Source: a virus (taxonomy: Duplodnaviria; Caudoviricetes). From it: 39,931 bases of DNA. Shown one piece after another: positions 25,172 to 35,342 of the stretch; positions within the stretch are counted from its first letter, which is position 1; the number at the start of each line of letters is the position of its first letter. The position numbers and the translations under genes are program-made. The DNA is taken from the IMG/VR virus record IMGVR_UViG_3300034072_000656, positions 1 through 39,931 of that record, one strand, 5' to 3'. The notes under the pieces are model-generated. The model searched no databases. It saw only the letters and a program-made list of their open reading frames with translations, and was not told the origin of the DNA.

Positions 25172-28100
25172 TGTTGGGGCTCCGGTTCTTCGGCAGGCTG
25201 AATTGTGGACGAAAGTCCGCCAGATTGGATGCCGCTCATAGCGGGCGCGATGCGCGAAACGCCTGCCGGCTTGGCCACACGCTGCGCGCGCCTGACTTCA
25301 TCCTGCAGGGCCTTGATGGCCGCCTCAGGGTTGTTGTAGATCATGTGCGACAGTTCTGCCGCAACCTTTGGGCTGACACGATCTTGCAGGCTCAGGTAGG
25401 TGTTTCGGAAGAACGTGTATGCACGGTTGAGAAGGTTGAGCTTGTCGGGCCGCAGTGGAGCGCCACGACCCTCTTCTTCAAACACATCCCTGCCTGATGG
25501 TTCTGGCGACTTCTTGCCTTCGGCGGCAGCGCTTGCAACCGCTTTGGCCCTGCGGATGTCATCAATGACGACTTGCAGATCCGTCAGTTGCTCCGGGGTG
25601 TACCGGAGCTTTTCAAGCGCGGGCGCAACAGCCGTTTCGCGCTGAAGCATCGGCTCCTTCTGCACAGCAATCAGCGTCCGCAGACCGCGCGCCCTGTCCA
25701 AGAACTGACGGCTTAGGTCTTCGCCAAGGATCATCTTGTACGACCCTTTGAGGTTGCCCGTGCTGTCGAGGATGGACGAGATGACCTTAGACACGCCGGC
25801 CTCTGTCAGCGGTTCGCCGTCGGGCGCTCTGGTGAGCATACGGTTCAGATCGGTAGCGACAATGCCGCGAATGACCTCTTTCCCGTCCGCATCGGTTTCC
25901 CGCAACACGCGCTGCATGCGCGCCGGGTCTGACAGGATGTAGTCGATGAACTGCGCGTTGGTCTTTTCGCCCAAGCCCTTGATGCGGGCCTTCAGACTGT
26001 CCAGATACTCACCAGTCAGTCTCGATGCCGCTTGAAAGTTCTCCAACTGATAGCGCACGCGCATACCGGAGTTCTCAAACACATCCAGCACTTCTTGGTT
26101 GTCTTGCAAAAACTTCGCGGCCCTGCCGGCATCAACCATGCGCGTCTGGGGGTCTACGACGGCAAGCCGGAACTTGCCAAGGATGCCATTGCGCATGGCT
26201 TCATATGCCTGCGGATCGCCGGCAAATGTGCGCACAAACTGCTGCGCCGTCCCGATGTCATCAAAAAAGCGATCTACGATCTGCGGCGGCTCAATGTAGG
26301 TGCGGCCGAATGTTGTTTCAGCCAGCGCTTGACCGGCTTCGCGCTCCCGGAAACGGGGCGCGTACACCGTCGAAAAATACTCGTTGGCGCCGCGATACGC
26401 GTCTTTTGCCTCTTGCGGCAGCGCTGGTGCTGATTCGATTGCGCCGTCAATCGCTCGCTTGATCTCCATCAGGCTGCTTTCGCGCTGGAAATCTTGCGCA
26501 CGAACTGCGTTTTTCATCTCATTGTTAATCGCAGATCGTATGTCGTGCGCCACCCGAAGCGTAGCCATCACTTTGGGCGGCTGCACTGTCGATGTCGGAT
26601 CGACAACGGATCCTGCGGGCGAAGTGGGTTGTGGCACCACTTTCTGCAAAATGCGGGCAATTTTTGGCCCTGTGGTTGGGTCAAACGTATGTATTGGCTT
26701 ACCAAGAACAGACTCCACCGCTCTGGCGATATCTGTCATCTCGATGTTTGCCACCTCGCCGCCCAAGCGCTTTGCCGTCTCATAGCGCGGGTCAACTTGC
26801 TCCCTGGTGGTCAACTCGTCAAGTTCCCTCAACCGCCCGGCAATCACTTCGCCCTGCGCCTGGGGGGCGCGCGGAAGCCTTGAGGTGAGGGCCCTGAGCG
26901 CGTCTTCTGCAGCCGTACCCTCTTGCTCAATGTTGCGCAGGATGGCATCGCGCGTCTGCCGCAGGTTTTCCAGCGCCTCAGGCCGCAAGACGGCGCCTTG
27001 CTGGTCAATCTGCTGATTGATACGCACCAGTTGTGCTTGCAAAGCGCCGATACGCTCGTTCATCAGCGTGGCCACCTGCCTTGCAGTTTCTGGCGAACTG
27101 CCGACGATTCTGTCGGCCCGAGCAGATAGCGTCACGGGCGGCTCTCCGCCACCGGCAACAATGATTTCAGGCAAAGTCGGCTTGAACCCTGGAGTCGTCG
27201 GCACACGCAATCCGCCGCGAATGGCCTCAATGGTTCTTTCAGCAGAGCCCACGGTTCCGCCAATGTCGCGGAATATCTGTCGGCCAGCGGTTACCTGAGG
27301 AGACTGAATTACTGTCCTGACCAGTTGGCTTGCGCCCCTACCCGCCTCGCCAAGCGCTGTTAGTACCGGGGGAGCTACAGCACCAGTGACGCCTCCAATC
27401 GCAATGTCTGTGGGCGTCTCCGACACAGGCGCAGCACCGATCATGCCGGCAGTTGCGCCAGCACCCATGCGGGCACTGATGCCTGCGCGCCCAGGGATGC
27501 CGCCCGCGCCAGTTGGCCCCATGCCAGAGACTTCGACCGCGCGTGCAATAGGCTGCACCACTGGCGCCGCTCGCGTGCCGGCCGAGACTGCCTGAGCAAT
27601 CCTGCCGGCCTGCGTGGGAATCGTTGCGCCAGCAGCTACGCCTTGAGTCGCCTCCTGCACGAAACGCTCACCAGGCGCAAGATCAGACTGGATCCCGACG
27701 CGGCTCAGCAGATCCTGAAAAGCCTGAGATGCTGGAGGCAGGTTCGTGCCAAAGATGCGGTTGAACGCGTCGATCAGAGGATCGGCAACCACAGGCGCAA
27801 GCACTCCAGCGGCCCCACCAGCCACCGCGCCCGGAGGCCCGCCCATTGCCATGCCGGCAGCAGCGCCCGCAAGCGGCAACGCAGCACCGCGCGTAACCCC
27901 TGCCACACTACCTCGCAGAGTCATGGGGCGCGAAACGTCGGTTACAGCCGCAGGCGCCTGCATGCCAGGCGCAGCACCTGGGATTTGTCCCGCAGGTTGC
28001 ACTGCCGGTGTCGGCGTGATCGTCGGCTCGGGCTGACGGGGCGCTGTCGGCTCCGCAATCGCGGCGGGCGGCTCAGCCGCCGCAGGCTGCGCAATGGCGG

Positions 28101-28209
28101 GTTGCCTCGGAACCAATCCGCGACGCCTCGCCTCGGACAGCAACTCAGCCTTATCAGCGGGCAGGATGCCGCGACGCTCAGCCTCGAGGATCAGTTCCCA
28201 ATCCATCAT
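25168..28209 (-). CDS. Large ejection / DNA-transfer protein (gp16 position)
   Basis: 1013 aa, Gly/Ala hydrophobic N-terminal region, EARRRGL motif, synteny. Confidence 0.7.
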   Translation of the reverse strand: MMDWELILEAERRGILPADKAELLSEARRRGLVPRQPAIAQPAAAEPPAAIAEPTAPRQPEPTITPTPAVQPAGQIPGAAPGMQAPAAVTDVSRPMTLRGSVAGVTRGAALPLAGAAAGMAMGGPPGAVAGGAAGVLAPVVADPLIDAFNRIFGTNLPPASQAFQDLLSRVGIQSDLAPGERFVQEATQGVAAGATIPTQAGRIAQAVSAGTRAAPVVQPIARAVEVSGMGPTGAGGIPGRAGISARMGAGATAGMIGAAPVSETPTDIAIGGVTGAVAPPVLTALGEAGRGASQLVRTVIQSPQVTAGRQIFRDIGGTVGSAERTIEAIRGGLRVPTTPGFKPTLPEIIVAGGGEPPVTLSARADRIVGSSPETARQVATLMNERIGALQAQLVRINQQIDQQGAVLRPEALENLRQTRDAILRNIEQEGTAAEDALRALTSRLPRAPQAQGEVIAGRLRELDELTTREQVDPRYETAKRLGGEVANIEMTDIARAVESVLGKPIHTFDPTTGPKIARILQKVVPQPTSPAGSVVDPTSTVQPPKVMATLRVAHDIRSAINNEMKNAVRAQDFQRESSLMEIKRAIDGAIESAPALPQEAKDAYRGANEYFSTVYAPRFREREAGQALAETTFGRTYIEPPQIVDRFFDDIGTAQQFVRTFAGDPQAYEAMRNGILGKFRLAVVDPQTRMVDAGRAAKFLQDNQEVLDVFENSGMRVRYQLENFQAASRLTGEYLDSLKARIKGLGEKTNAQFIDYILSDPARMQRVLRETDADGKEVIRGIVATDLNRMLTRAPDGEPLTEAGVSKVISSILDSTGNLKGSYKMILGEDLSRQFLDRARGLRTLIAVQKEPMLQRETAVAPALEKLRYTPEQLTDLQVVIDDIRRAKAVASAAAEGKKSPEPSGRDVFEEEGRGAPLRPDKLNLLNRAYTFFRNTYLSLQDRVSPKVAAELSHMIYNNPEAAIKALQDEVRRAQRVAKPAGVSRIAPAMSGIQSGGLSSTIQPAEEPEPQQ

Positions 28210-29552
28210 TGACCCCCCAGTCGCCGCAGGATTTCTTCATTGGACATCTCGGTTACTGGCTTGGCGCCACTTTCAGGCGCGGCTGGTTGCTGTGGTTGAA
28301 CTGGACTTCCAGCAGGCAGGATACCAATCTGCACCATGCGGTTTTTGGCGGACGTCCATCCGGCCAGACGCTCCGATGCGGTCAGTCTTGGGTTGCCGAT
28401 GTCGCCTAGCCCCTGCAAGATGAACTCGCGGTCGGTGTTTGAAATGCCTGCGCCAAGTCGGCCGCCAAGTATTTCTGTCGTGATTCTGCTTGCCGCCGCC
28501 TGCAACTTGTTGATTGCTTGCATGCCCTTGCTTGTCCCGCCAAAGTAACGCATGACTGCGGCAATGTCTGCCTGCGCCCCGCCACTGGTGGACGCAGCAA
28601 TCGCTTTTGAAATGTCGTCTTCGCCCGTTTCTGGGTCATAGCCAACAGACCTGAGCGTTTCAATGGCCGCGCGCTGTCGTTGGAATACGACGTCCTTCTC
28701 GCTTTCAGGAATCGGCCTTTGCGCGACAAGCCTTCCCTGTTCATCGAAGATGTTCTGCATGCCGGCGGGAGGTGCGCCGTACTGCGGCATGACATTGACC
28801 AGCGGCGTGCCTCGGCCCTCAGACTCCGCGCGGGCCTTAGCGGCTTGAGCCCGCTTGAGTTCCAGTTCTGCTTGATTGCTCTCGGCTTGAGTTTGGGCGT
28901 TTGCGAGCTTAATCTTGGCATCGGCTTCCGCCTGAATAGCATCCGCTACGGCTTTGCGCTTGGCTTCTGGAGACAAAGGTTCAGTTGCCTTTAGCCCTCC
29001 ATGCACCTTCAGTAGATTCTCAGCAACATTCTTGCCCTCGTCTCCAAGCGCAGGCAATATGCCAGTTGCATACTTTGCAAACGCTTCGGGATTGAGTAGT
29101 GCGGCCTGCTTTTGCGCCATCAGCGACTGCTTGGCCTGGGGCGTTGGCGCGAGTTCGATACGCTCATCAAACTGAGATGCCAGCATGTCCTTGTTGCCGG
29201 ACAGCGCAATCGACGCAAGCGTGCCCATCTCCATGGCGCGAGACCTGCGCTCGTCGGCAGACATGGCGGCCATTTGCTGCTGGAGAAACGTCAGTCCTTC
29301 TTTCGGCAGCGTTTCCACGGCGGTCAGCAAATCATCGCTGCCCCACTGCGCAAACGGCTTTTGCCGCAGGCCTTGGAGCATTTCTTGGCGACGGCGATCG
29401 TCTTGCATTTTCTGCTGCATCGCCTGCTGCTGAAGCATCCGCTGCTGCCGCTGCGCCTCCATCTCCTGCAGCGAAGTGCCGATCTTCAGCCCGCTTACCA
29501 GCGACTCAAACGCGCTGGGGGCTTGGACCATGTAGTTGTACGGCTGGACCAT
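28206..29552 (-). CDS. Ejection protein (gp20 position)
   Basis: MVQPYNY..., Gln-rich coiled coil, GAGISNTDREF; synteny. Confidence 0.65.
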   Translation of the reverse strand: MVQPYNYMVQAPSAFESLVSGLKIGTSLQEMEAQRQQRMLQQQAMQQKMQDDRRRQEMLQGLRQKPFAQWGSDDLLTAVETLPKEGLTFLQQQMAAMSADERRSRAMEMGTLASIALSGNKDMLASQFDERIELAPTPQAKQSLMAQKQAALLNPEAFAKYATGILPALGDEGKNVAENLLKVHGGLKATEPLSPEAKRKAVADAIQAEADAKIKLANAQTQAESNQAELELKRAQAAKARAESEGRGTPLVNVMPQYGAPPAGMQNIFDEQGRLVAQRPIPESEKDVVFQRQRAAIETLRSVGYDPETGEDDISKAIAASTSGGAQADIAAVMRYFGGTSKGMQAINKLQAAASRITTEILGGRLGAGISNTDREFILQGLGDIGNPRLTASERLAGWTSAKNRMVQIGILPAGSPVQPQQPAAPESGAKPVTEMSNEEILRRLGGQ

Positions 29553-29553
29553 T

Positions 29554-30321
29554 TCAGTACCCCCTGTTGTCGATGGGCCTGGGCGGCGTCGAAGCCGGAG
29601 CCCTTGCCCCACCAAACAGCGATCCGCCCGTCGCTAGGTTGATCCCCACCAACTGCCCCGGCAGCGCGGCCAGATTCGCAAACGGCGCAGCACCAGCCAG
29701 CACACCGCCCGCCTGTGCCGCGCCTTGCTGGGCCAGCAGGTTGCCGATGTTCGCGGCCATCGTCTGGCCTGCGCCACCGACGCCTGTGGCCGCAGTCTGC
29801 CCACCAGACACCAGCCCGCCAGTGAGGTTCAAACCCGTGCCCGCAAGACCACCAAGCCTGCCGTAGGTCTGCTCGATCGCCTGCTGAAGCATCTGCGGCC
29901 GAAACTGCGCCAGTGCCTGCTGGATGTTGCCGCCGCGCAGCCCACCCGTAGCAGACGCGCGCGCCAGTAGGGCCTCCTCGCCCTGCCTGACGGTTTCTTG
30001 GAAGCCGGGAGAGGTGGAGATGCCCTCCAGTGCTGCGCGCTGCGCCTCGGGGCCGCTAAGGCCCGCCAAAGCGGCCTGCTGCTCAAAGGCCCGCTCGCCG
30101 GCCGTGATGTAAGGCGCATATCGCCCCAGCGCAACCTCGCCAGCCTGCCGATACGGGGCCAGCATCTGGTTGATCGCGTCGAACTGACGGCGCTGCTCGG
30201 CAATCGCTTCGCGCGACATGCCGGCCTGGATCTGCGACGCCTCTTCCGCAGCATCAGCCTGGATCAGGCCGCCAAGCAACTGGCTCCCGCCCAGCGTCAA
30301 CAGCGTCGTGAAAAAGTCCAT
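29554..30321 (-). CDS. Ejection protein (gp7 position)
   Basis: Gly/Ala/Gln-rich; ASATGGLRGGNIQQALAQF; RBS AGGAGG. Confidence 0.75.
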   Translation of the reverse strand: MDFFTTLLTLGGSQLLGGLIQADAAEEASQIQAGMSREAIAEQRRQFDAINQMLAPYRQAGEVALGRYAPYITAGERAFEQQAALAGLSGPEAQRAALEGISTSPGFQETVRQGEEALLARASATGGLRGGNIQQALAQFRPQMLQQAIEQTYGRLGGLAGTGLNLTGGLVSGGQTAATGVGGAGQTMAANIGNLLAQQGAAQAGGVLAGAAPFANLAALPGQLVGINLATGGSLFGGARAPASTPPRPIDNRGY

Positions 30322-30378
30322 CTCAGCCTCCTAAATGGCCGCTGGACGCCTGGAACTCAGCGTCTGCATTGTTGCACA

Positions 30379-30717
30379 TCAGGTAATCTCCCGGCCAGAT
30401 ACTCGCAGCGTCAGCGCAGTGGCGGCCGACGCGATGGTGGAGATGAACGCGCCGGAATCGAGTTCGTGGCCAACGAGTTCCGGGCACAGGTACGTTTCGC
30501 CGGGTTGGACCGCGCGGTCGTCAATGATCAGGTTGGCATTGCCGGCAGACCCACCAGACTGCACCAGGTTCACGCTGAACGTGCGGATTGCGGTGTCGGT
30601 GTTGGTGACCGTCGCTTTGTCGATGATGGCCTTCGTGCCGATGGGCGCGGTGTACTGAGTGGTTTGCGATGCCTGCAGTTGCAGCGGGGCAACCAGCGTT
30701 TTCACGGTGACGGTCAT
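30379..30717 (-). CDS. Small virion protein
   Basis: 112-aa beta-rich ORF in the tail operon. Confidence 0.7.
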   Translation of the reverse strand: MTVTVKTLVAPLQLQASQTTQYTAPIGTKAIIDKATVTNTDTAIRTFSVNLVQSGGSAGNANLIIDDRAVQPGETYLCPELVGHELDSGAFISTIASAATALTLRVSGREIT

Positions 30718-31559
30718 GACTCACCTCGGATGTTGTTTGATACGGTCAGGATGATAGACGGCACAGCAGGCGCAAAGGCAGACGCAGCAAACGTTGCCAG
30801 TTGTGCGTCGGTATTGCCGACCGCCCACATAAACTGCACATAGTCGCCCGCTTTCATGTTCGCGAACAGATTAAACGCCTGCAGCAACTCTGAGTTGTTG
30901 TTTTGGATCGTGACGTAGAAGGCCGAGTTTGGAATGTCAACGCCGTTCTTGCGCACCCACACCCAAACCTCTCGGTTCGATCCTGTGGTGCAATCAAGCT
31001 GGATGGATACCTGGAAGTTGTACAGGCCCTCGGTGTCCACCTCGACTTCGCTGGTGCTGGGGCTGCGCAAACGCACGCCGTCGCTGATGTCGGTGTTGTT
31101 GAACGTGATCGGGTACGCAGTGCTGGTCAGCGCCGCCGTCTGCGTCGTGGTGTCGTAGAACTGCCCGTAGCGCGTGCGCCGCTTCGGCACAGGCGGTGGC
31201 GTCATCTGCAGGCCCTCGACCTGTGTGCGCAGATCCGCCAGCAGCGCCCGCAAGTCCGCAGTGCCAGGCCCGACGCCTAAATCGGCCTGTAGGGCCGCGA
31301 TTTGCTCCAGCGCTACCTGTGCCTTGGCCTCGGCGCTTGCGCTTGCCACAGCGGCTTCCTGGGCCGTTGTCAGGGCCGTATCCAGCGCCAAAACGGCTTG
31401 CTGGCCCGCAGTGCTGGCTGTGATCGACAGATCCGTCAGCGTGGTCGGCTCCAGTTCGCTCACGTCGGCGAACAGGCGCTCGAACTGCTTGATCTGCTCG
31501 TGGTTCTTCAGGAACGTGGCGAGCTGATCGCGGGTGAGGTTGAGCTTGTTGGTAGCCAC
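30714..31559 (-). CDS. Tail needle-like protein (coiled coil plus C1q/TNF-like knob)
   Basis: Follows the gp10-like gene; helical N-terminus; YGQFYDTTTQ...GLYNFQVSIQL knob. Confidence 0.55.
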   Translation of the reverse strand: MATNKLNLTRDQLATFLKNHEQIKQFERLFADVSELEPTTLTDLSITASTAGQQAVLALDTALTTAQEAAVASASAEAKAQVALEQIAALQADLGVGPGTADLRALLADLRTQVEGLQMTPPPVPKRRTRYGQFYDTTTQTAALTSTAYPITFNNTDISDGVRLRSPSTSEVEVDTEGLYNFQVSIQLDCTTGSNREVWVWVRKNGVDIPNSAFYVTIQNNNSELLQAFNLFANMKAGDYVQFMWAVGNTDAQLATFAASAFAPAVPSIILTVSNNIRGES

Positions 31560-31569
31560 AGGCCCGCCC

Positions 31570-32979
31570 TCAGTAGTTCAGCGGCTCGATCTGGGCTTCC
31601 AGCGCAACCGCGCCGATGTGCGCCGTGCTGTCGCCCCGGAACCGCTGCATCCGCCGCTGCCGCATGAAGCCCTGCCGGCGCCAGACGAGGCGCTTGGCGC
31701 GGTTGCCCGTGGTGCCCACAGTGATGAAGTGATCCTGCGCCCAGGTTACACCGTCCAGCGAATAGGACGTGCTGATCTGCGGGTTCAAACCCACGGCCAC
31801 GCTGCCGGTGAGCGCGACAAGCTCCAGTTCGTGGACCACCGCGCCCTTCGTGCTGTTGTAGACGATCGGGGTGGCAAACTCCCACCGCACCGTGCTGCCC
31901 CAGTGACTGCCGATGTCGTCCACCAGATAGCCCACGGCGTTGGACTGCGGGTCGCCCACCAGCCACTTGTCGTAGCACCACACCAGGTTCTGCGCCCGAT
32001 ACTGCGCAAAGCCGACGACGGTCGAGGCCAACACCGTCCACACTTGCTGCTTCAGTTCCGCGCTCGCGGCTGCGTCGTAGACGATGGTGCGATCCGGCAG
32101 GTGCAGGTACAGCAGTTGGTGCGAGCGGTAGTTCCGCGCCTCCATGCGGCACAGAGCCAGTTGCGCCTCGGTGTAGGTCGCCAGCAGCTTGTCGATGTCC
32201 TGCGTGCTGATCTTCTGCGTGCTGGCGTTTGCGCCCAGATAGATGCCGGGCTCCTCGTTGAACCCGCCGCCCAAGAACGCGATCGACTCCAGAAACACGC
32301 AGCAGGTGTGCGTGCCGATCGTACCCTTCTCGATCTGCGCCCCAGTGATAAGTTGGAACGGGAAACCCGAGCCGCCCACGTTGTCGAACGCCTCGATCGT
32401 GTGCCGGTTCAGCGCATAGACCTCGTTGCGCATCTTCAGCAGCGCCTTTACCGGGTCGGGATCGACCTCGCTGCTGCCATAGCGGAATGGGTCCACCGCC
32501 AGCGGGTTGCCTAGGTCCGTGATCACCAGGAACTCGCCGTCCGTGGTCATCCAGTAGCCGTCCACCCACACGATGTCCAACACCGTGCCGAGATCCGGGT
32601 CGGTGTTCTGCGTCAGCGTGCTGGTGGCAGGATCCCAGAAGAACAGGTTGCTGTTGGACGCAATGCCCAGCAGATCGAAGCTGTAGTCCATCGTGACCTG
32701 CTGGCCGTCGTTGCCGACGTCACCCAGCACCGTCACCGCGCCCGTGCTGCTGACCGTGACGAGCTTGGAACCCATCACGCGATAGCAGATGTTGTTCCAG
32801 TTGATCCCGCCTCGATCCGTCCCCGGCCCCGTGCCGTTGCCTACCACACCGTCCGCAGGCCGCAGATAGACGCTGCTCGCACCGCTGGCCATCGGCACGA
32901 CGAGCATGTTCACCGGATAGCTGGTGCGCAGATCCGGCGAGGTGTCGGCGAAGATACCTGAGACGATGGGGATTTGCAT
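31570..32979 (-). CDS. P22 gp10-like DNA stabilisation / tail hub protein
   Basis: PVNM, DRGGINWN...YRVMGSKL, EVDPDP, size and synteny. Confidence 0.85.
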   Translation of the reverse strand: MQIPIVSGIFADTSPDLRTSYPVNMLVVPMASGASSVYLRPADGVVGNGTGPGTDRGGINWNNICYRVMGSKLVTVSSTGAVTVLGDVGNDGQQVTMDYSFDLLGIASNSNLFFWDPATSTLTQNTDPDLGTVLDIVWVDGYWMTTDGEFLVITDLGNPLAVDPFRYGSSEVDPDPVKALLKMRNEVYALNRHTIEAFDNVGGSGFPFQLITGAQIEKGTIGTHTCCVFLESIAFLGGGFNEEPGIYLGANASTQKISTQDIDKLLATYTEAQLALCRMEARNYRSHQLLYLHLPDRTIVYDAAASAELKQQVWTVLASTVVGFAQYRAQNLVWCYDKWLVGDPQSNAVGYLVDDIGSHWGSTVRWEFATPIVYNSTKGAVVHELELVALTGSVAVGLNPQISTSYSLDGVTWAQDHFITVGTTGNRAKRLVWRRQGFMRQRRMQRFRGDSTAHIGAVALEAQIEPLNY

Positions 32980-32982
32980 GGG

Positions 32983-33036
32983 TTAGGGGGTGGGGAGGAA
33001 CCAGCGGATTAGGTGGGGGGCGGGTATGGGGGTCAT
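32983..33036 (-). pseudogene. 17-codon remnant of the HExxH gene
   Basis: MTPIPAPHLIRWFLPTP* resembles the N-terminus MAPLPARHIIAWTL of 23424-23690; both start 2 bp after a tailspike stop codon. Confidence 0.55.
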
Positions 33037-33038
33037 GG

Positions 33039-35066
33039 TCAGCCGTTAGCGGAGCGTGAAAGTTCTATCCATTCGGCGCCGAACAACATCAGCATCAGCG
33101 TGTCGTATTGAGACGCGACAAAGTTTACAGACCCGTCAAGACGAGCGTTGTTGCGCGTAAACGTCCAGGCTGTAGGATCGGGAGAATAAAGAGTTACTCG
33201 CTGAACTATAATACCATTCGTTAAATTTGTTATTGTTGACGCCGCATTGCTAGACACAATTTGCAAGACAAACTCTTTGTATCTTGACATTGAGCCGATA
33301 TTTATAGTTTCGCCGGTGCCTGCGTTGTTTACTGTTGCCATGAGACGAGGCAACGTCTCACTAATCACAAGAAAACTCGCAGGCAAAGAATACTCTGAAG
33401 CAGTTGCGGCGGTAAAATCATTACCTTCAAAATAAGGCAATGTAGTAATTGTTGAAGACCTAATGCCAACGCGTCCAGCGGTTCCGCCATTCGCGCTCAT
33501 CTTATTATTTGTTATATTAAAAGTTTTGCCGTTTGAAGTAACGGCTTCCATTTCAATGAAATGCTCTACTCCAGCGGCTGCTCCACCAAGTTCAAGGCCG
33601 ATATTCCCGTCAACAATCAAGTGTTGAGAGGCCGTTACGTTGATGCCTGTGCCGCCCCATTTCTGTATGGTGTTGTCGCAAATTTGTCCGTTTGTGACAA
33701 GTTGCGCGTTTATTACACCTTTGTTAGGGTTTCCAAGTTCACCGTGAGCAACAATTATATTTCCGGTGCAAACGACGTTTTTATGATTCAAAACTGAACC
33801 GCCGTTTAGATTGATTCCGTAATTGTCATTTTCGTAACCTGAAGCAGTTCCGTCAGGATTTCTTGCATCCACGACATTATTGATTACAGCGTTATCCCAG
33901 CCCGCGTAATTTGTAGCATCGCCACTGCTGCTTGAGCAGGCAATCCCTCCGTAACTGGCATAAACGTGATTGCCCTCAATGGTTACCTCATAAGCGCCGT
34001 GGCAATCTATTGGCTCCCACGCATTGTAAGCAGCGTAATTTTGACCAATGTACCAATTCCAGCAAAATGGATTTGCCGCCTGCTTAGTCCCTGCATTGGG
34101 ATCGATATTGTACCCAGCCGTATTGTGAGTTAGAGAAATTCCATACATATTGCCGCTTGTGCCGGGAGTTATGTTCAAAAATTGATTATCTGTTACAACA
34201 CCATTGTTGCACGATAAGAACAGTGCACCGGCATATCCGCAATAAGTAAAAATACACTGATTAATAATAATGTTATCAACAAACTGTGCGTAAACTCCAC
34301 TTGATCCAAATTGCGTAATTTCAACATTACGTAATTCAAGCCCAGTTTTTCTAACTGACGTTGAAGTTCCGATCATGTGAATGCCGTTTTCATCGCCGAC
34401 ATACACAGACGCGGCGGGGCCTTGTAACTTCCCGCCTTCAATTGCAAAGTTGTTTGCGTTAATAGTGATTGCTTTGATTCCAAAACCAAGCGTCGGAAAT
34501 CTCAAAACAGCGCCAGCGTCCATCTGCAAGGTTAAATTTGCATTGCCGACAGTTAATGGGCCGCACCTATACGTTCCATTGGGAAAGTAGATCGTGCCTC
34601 CATTTGTCATTGCGTCAATCGCAGCTTGGACGAATGCAGTATCAACCGCAACCCCATCCCCCACAGCTCCAAAATCCTTGACCGACACAATGTCGCGCAT
34701 CTTCGCCTGAGCCGTCCGCGTCACGGCCCCCAGCCCTGCCTGCACAAACGTAACCAAGCTGCTGTCAAACCGCTCGGTTGCACTCAGCGCCGACAGAACG
34801 TCGTAACCGCGACGGTTGCGCACCAGGATGCTGAAGTCTGCATTCACATACAGCCGCCCCACGGCAGTGCCGTTCAGCGGATAGCCGCCGCGCGTAGTCA
34901 CGGGCTGCGTGACAACTTGGGTGAGGGCCGCATCCCAATACGCCGTGATGGGCGACGAGATCGGGTTATTGCCCGCAGTGCCAAGCCACACCTGGCCCTG
35001 CTCCAGCGGCTGGCCGTCGATGTCAGTAAAAATCGGAAATGGCGATTGGATTGAGGTTGCGGTCAT
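33039..35066 (-). CDS. Tailspike 2 (paralogous N-terminus, distinct low-GC beta-helix)
   Basis: DGQPLEQGQVWLG, YWDAALT, VSVKDFGAVGDGV, YFPNGTY. Confidence 0.85.
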   Translation of the reverse strand: MTATSIQSPFPIFTDIDGQPLEQGQVWLGTAGNNPISSPITAYWDAALTQVVTQPVTTRGGYPLNGTAVGRLYVNADFSILVRNRRGYDVLSALSATERFDSSLVTFVQAGLGAVTRTAQAKMRDIVSVKDFGAVGDGVAVDTAFVQAAIDAMTNGGTIYFPNGTYRCGPLTVGNANLTLQMDAGAVLRFPTLGFGIKAITINANNFAIEGGKLQGPAASVYVGDENGIHMIGTSTSVRKTGLELRNVEITQFGSSGVYAQFVDNIIINQCIFTYCGYAGALFLSCNNGVVTDNQFLNITPGTSGNMYGISLTHNTAGYNIDPNAGTKQAANPFCWNWYIGQNYAAYNAWEPIDCHGAYEVTIEGNHVYASYGGIACSSSSGDATNYAGWDNAVINNVVDARNPDGTASGYENDNYGINLNGGSVLNHKNVVCTGNIIVAHGELGNPNKGVINAQLVTNGQICDNTIQKWGGTGINVTASQHLIVDGNIGLELGGAAAGVEHFIEMEAVTSNGKTFNITNNKMSANGGTAGRVGIRSSTITTLPYFEGNDFTAATASEYSLPASFLVISETLPRLMATVNNAGTGETINIGSMSRYKEFVLQIVSSNAASTITNLTNGIIVQRVTLYSPDPTAWTFTRNNARLDGSVNFVASQYDTLMLMLFGAEWIELSRSANG

Positions 35067-35081
35067 TTCGATGTTCCTTGG

Positions 35082-35342
35082 TCAGCAGTTCCACGCCCGC
35101 AGCGACTTGTTGATCCGCGAGTTCGGGTCCTTGGCGGTTTTCTCGCTCGTCAGCTTGTCCTTCATGCCCTGCATCCGCGAGCAAAACGACTTGCGCCGAG
35201 CCTTGTCCTTCTCGGTCTTCGGTTTCGGCGCAGGCGGCTTCAGATTCATGCCCTGCGCCTTGGCCGATGCACGGCCCTTCGCCGAGAGCCCGCCCTTCGG
35301 GTTCTGGCCTTCTTTCCGGGTCCAGGCGGGCGTCTTAGCCAT
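35082..35342 (-). CDS. Small basic protein (DUF6321-like)
   Basis: PAWTRKEGQNPKGGL, RRKSFCSRM, DPNSRINKSLRAWNC. Confidence 0.8.
   Translation of the reverse strand: MAKTPAWTRKEGQNPKGGLSAKGRASAKAQGMNLKPPAPKPKTEKDKARRKSFCSRMQGMKDKLTSEKTAKDPNSRINKSLRAWNC

Noticed and set aside
23693-35066. Diversity-generating retroelement or invertase-based tail switching
   Set aside because: No reverse transcriptase or invertase; the tailspike similarity is diverged paralogy, not an adenine-specific TR/VR pair
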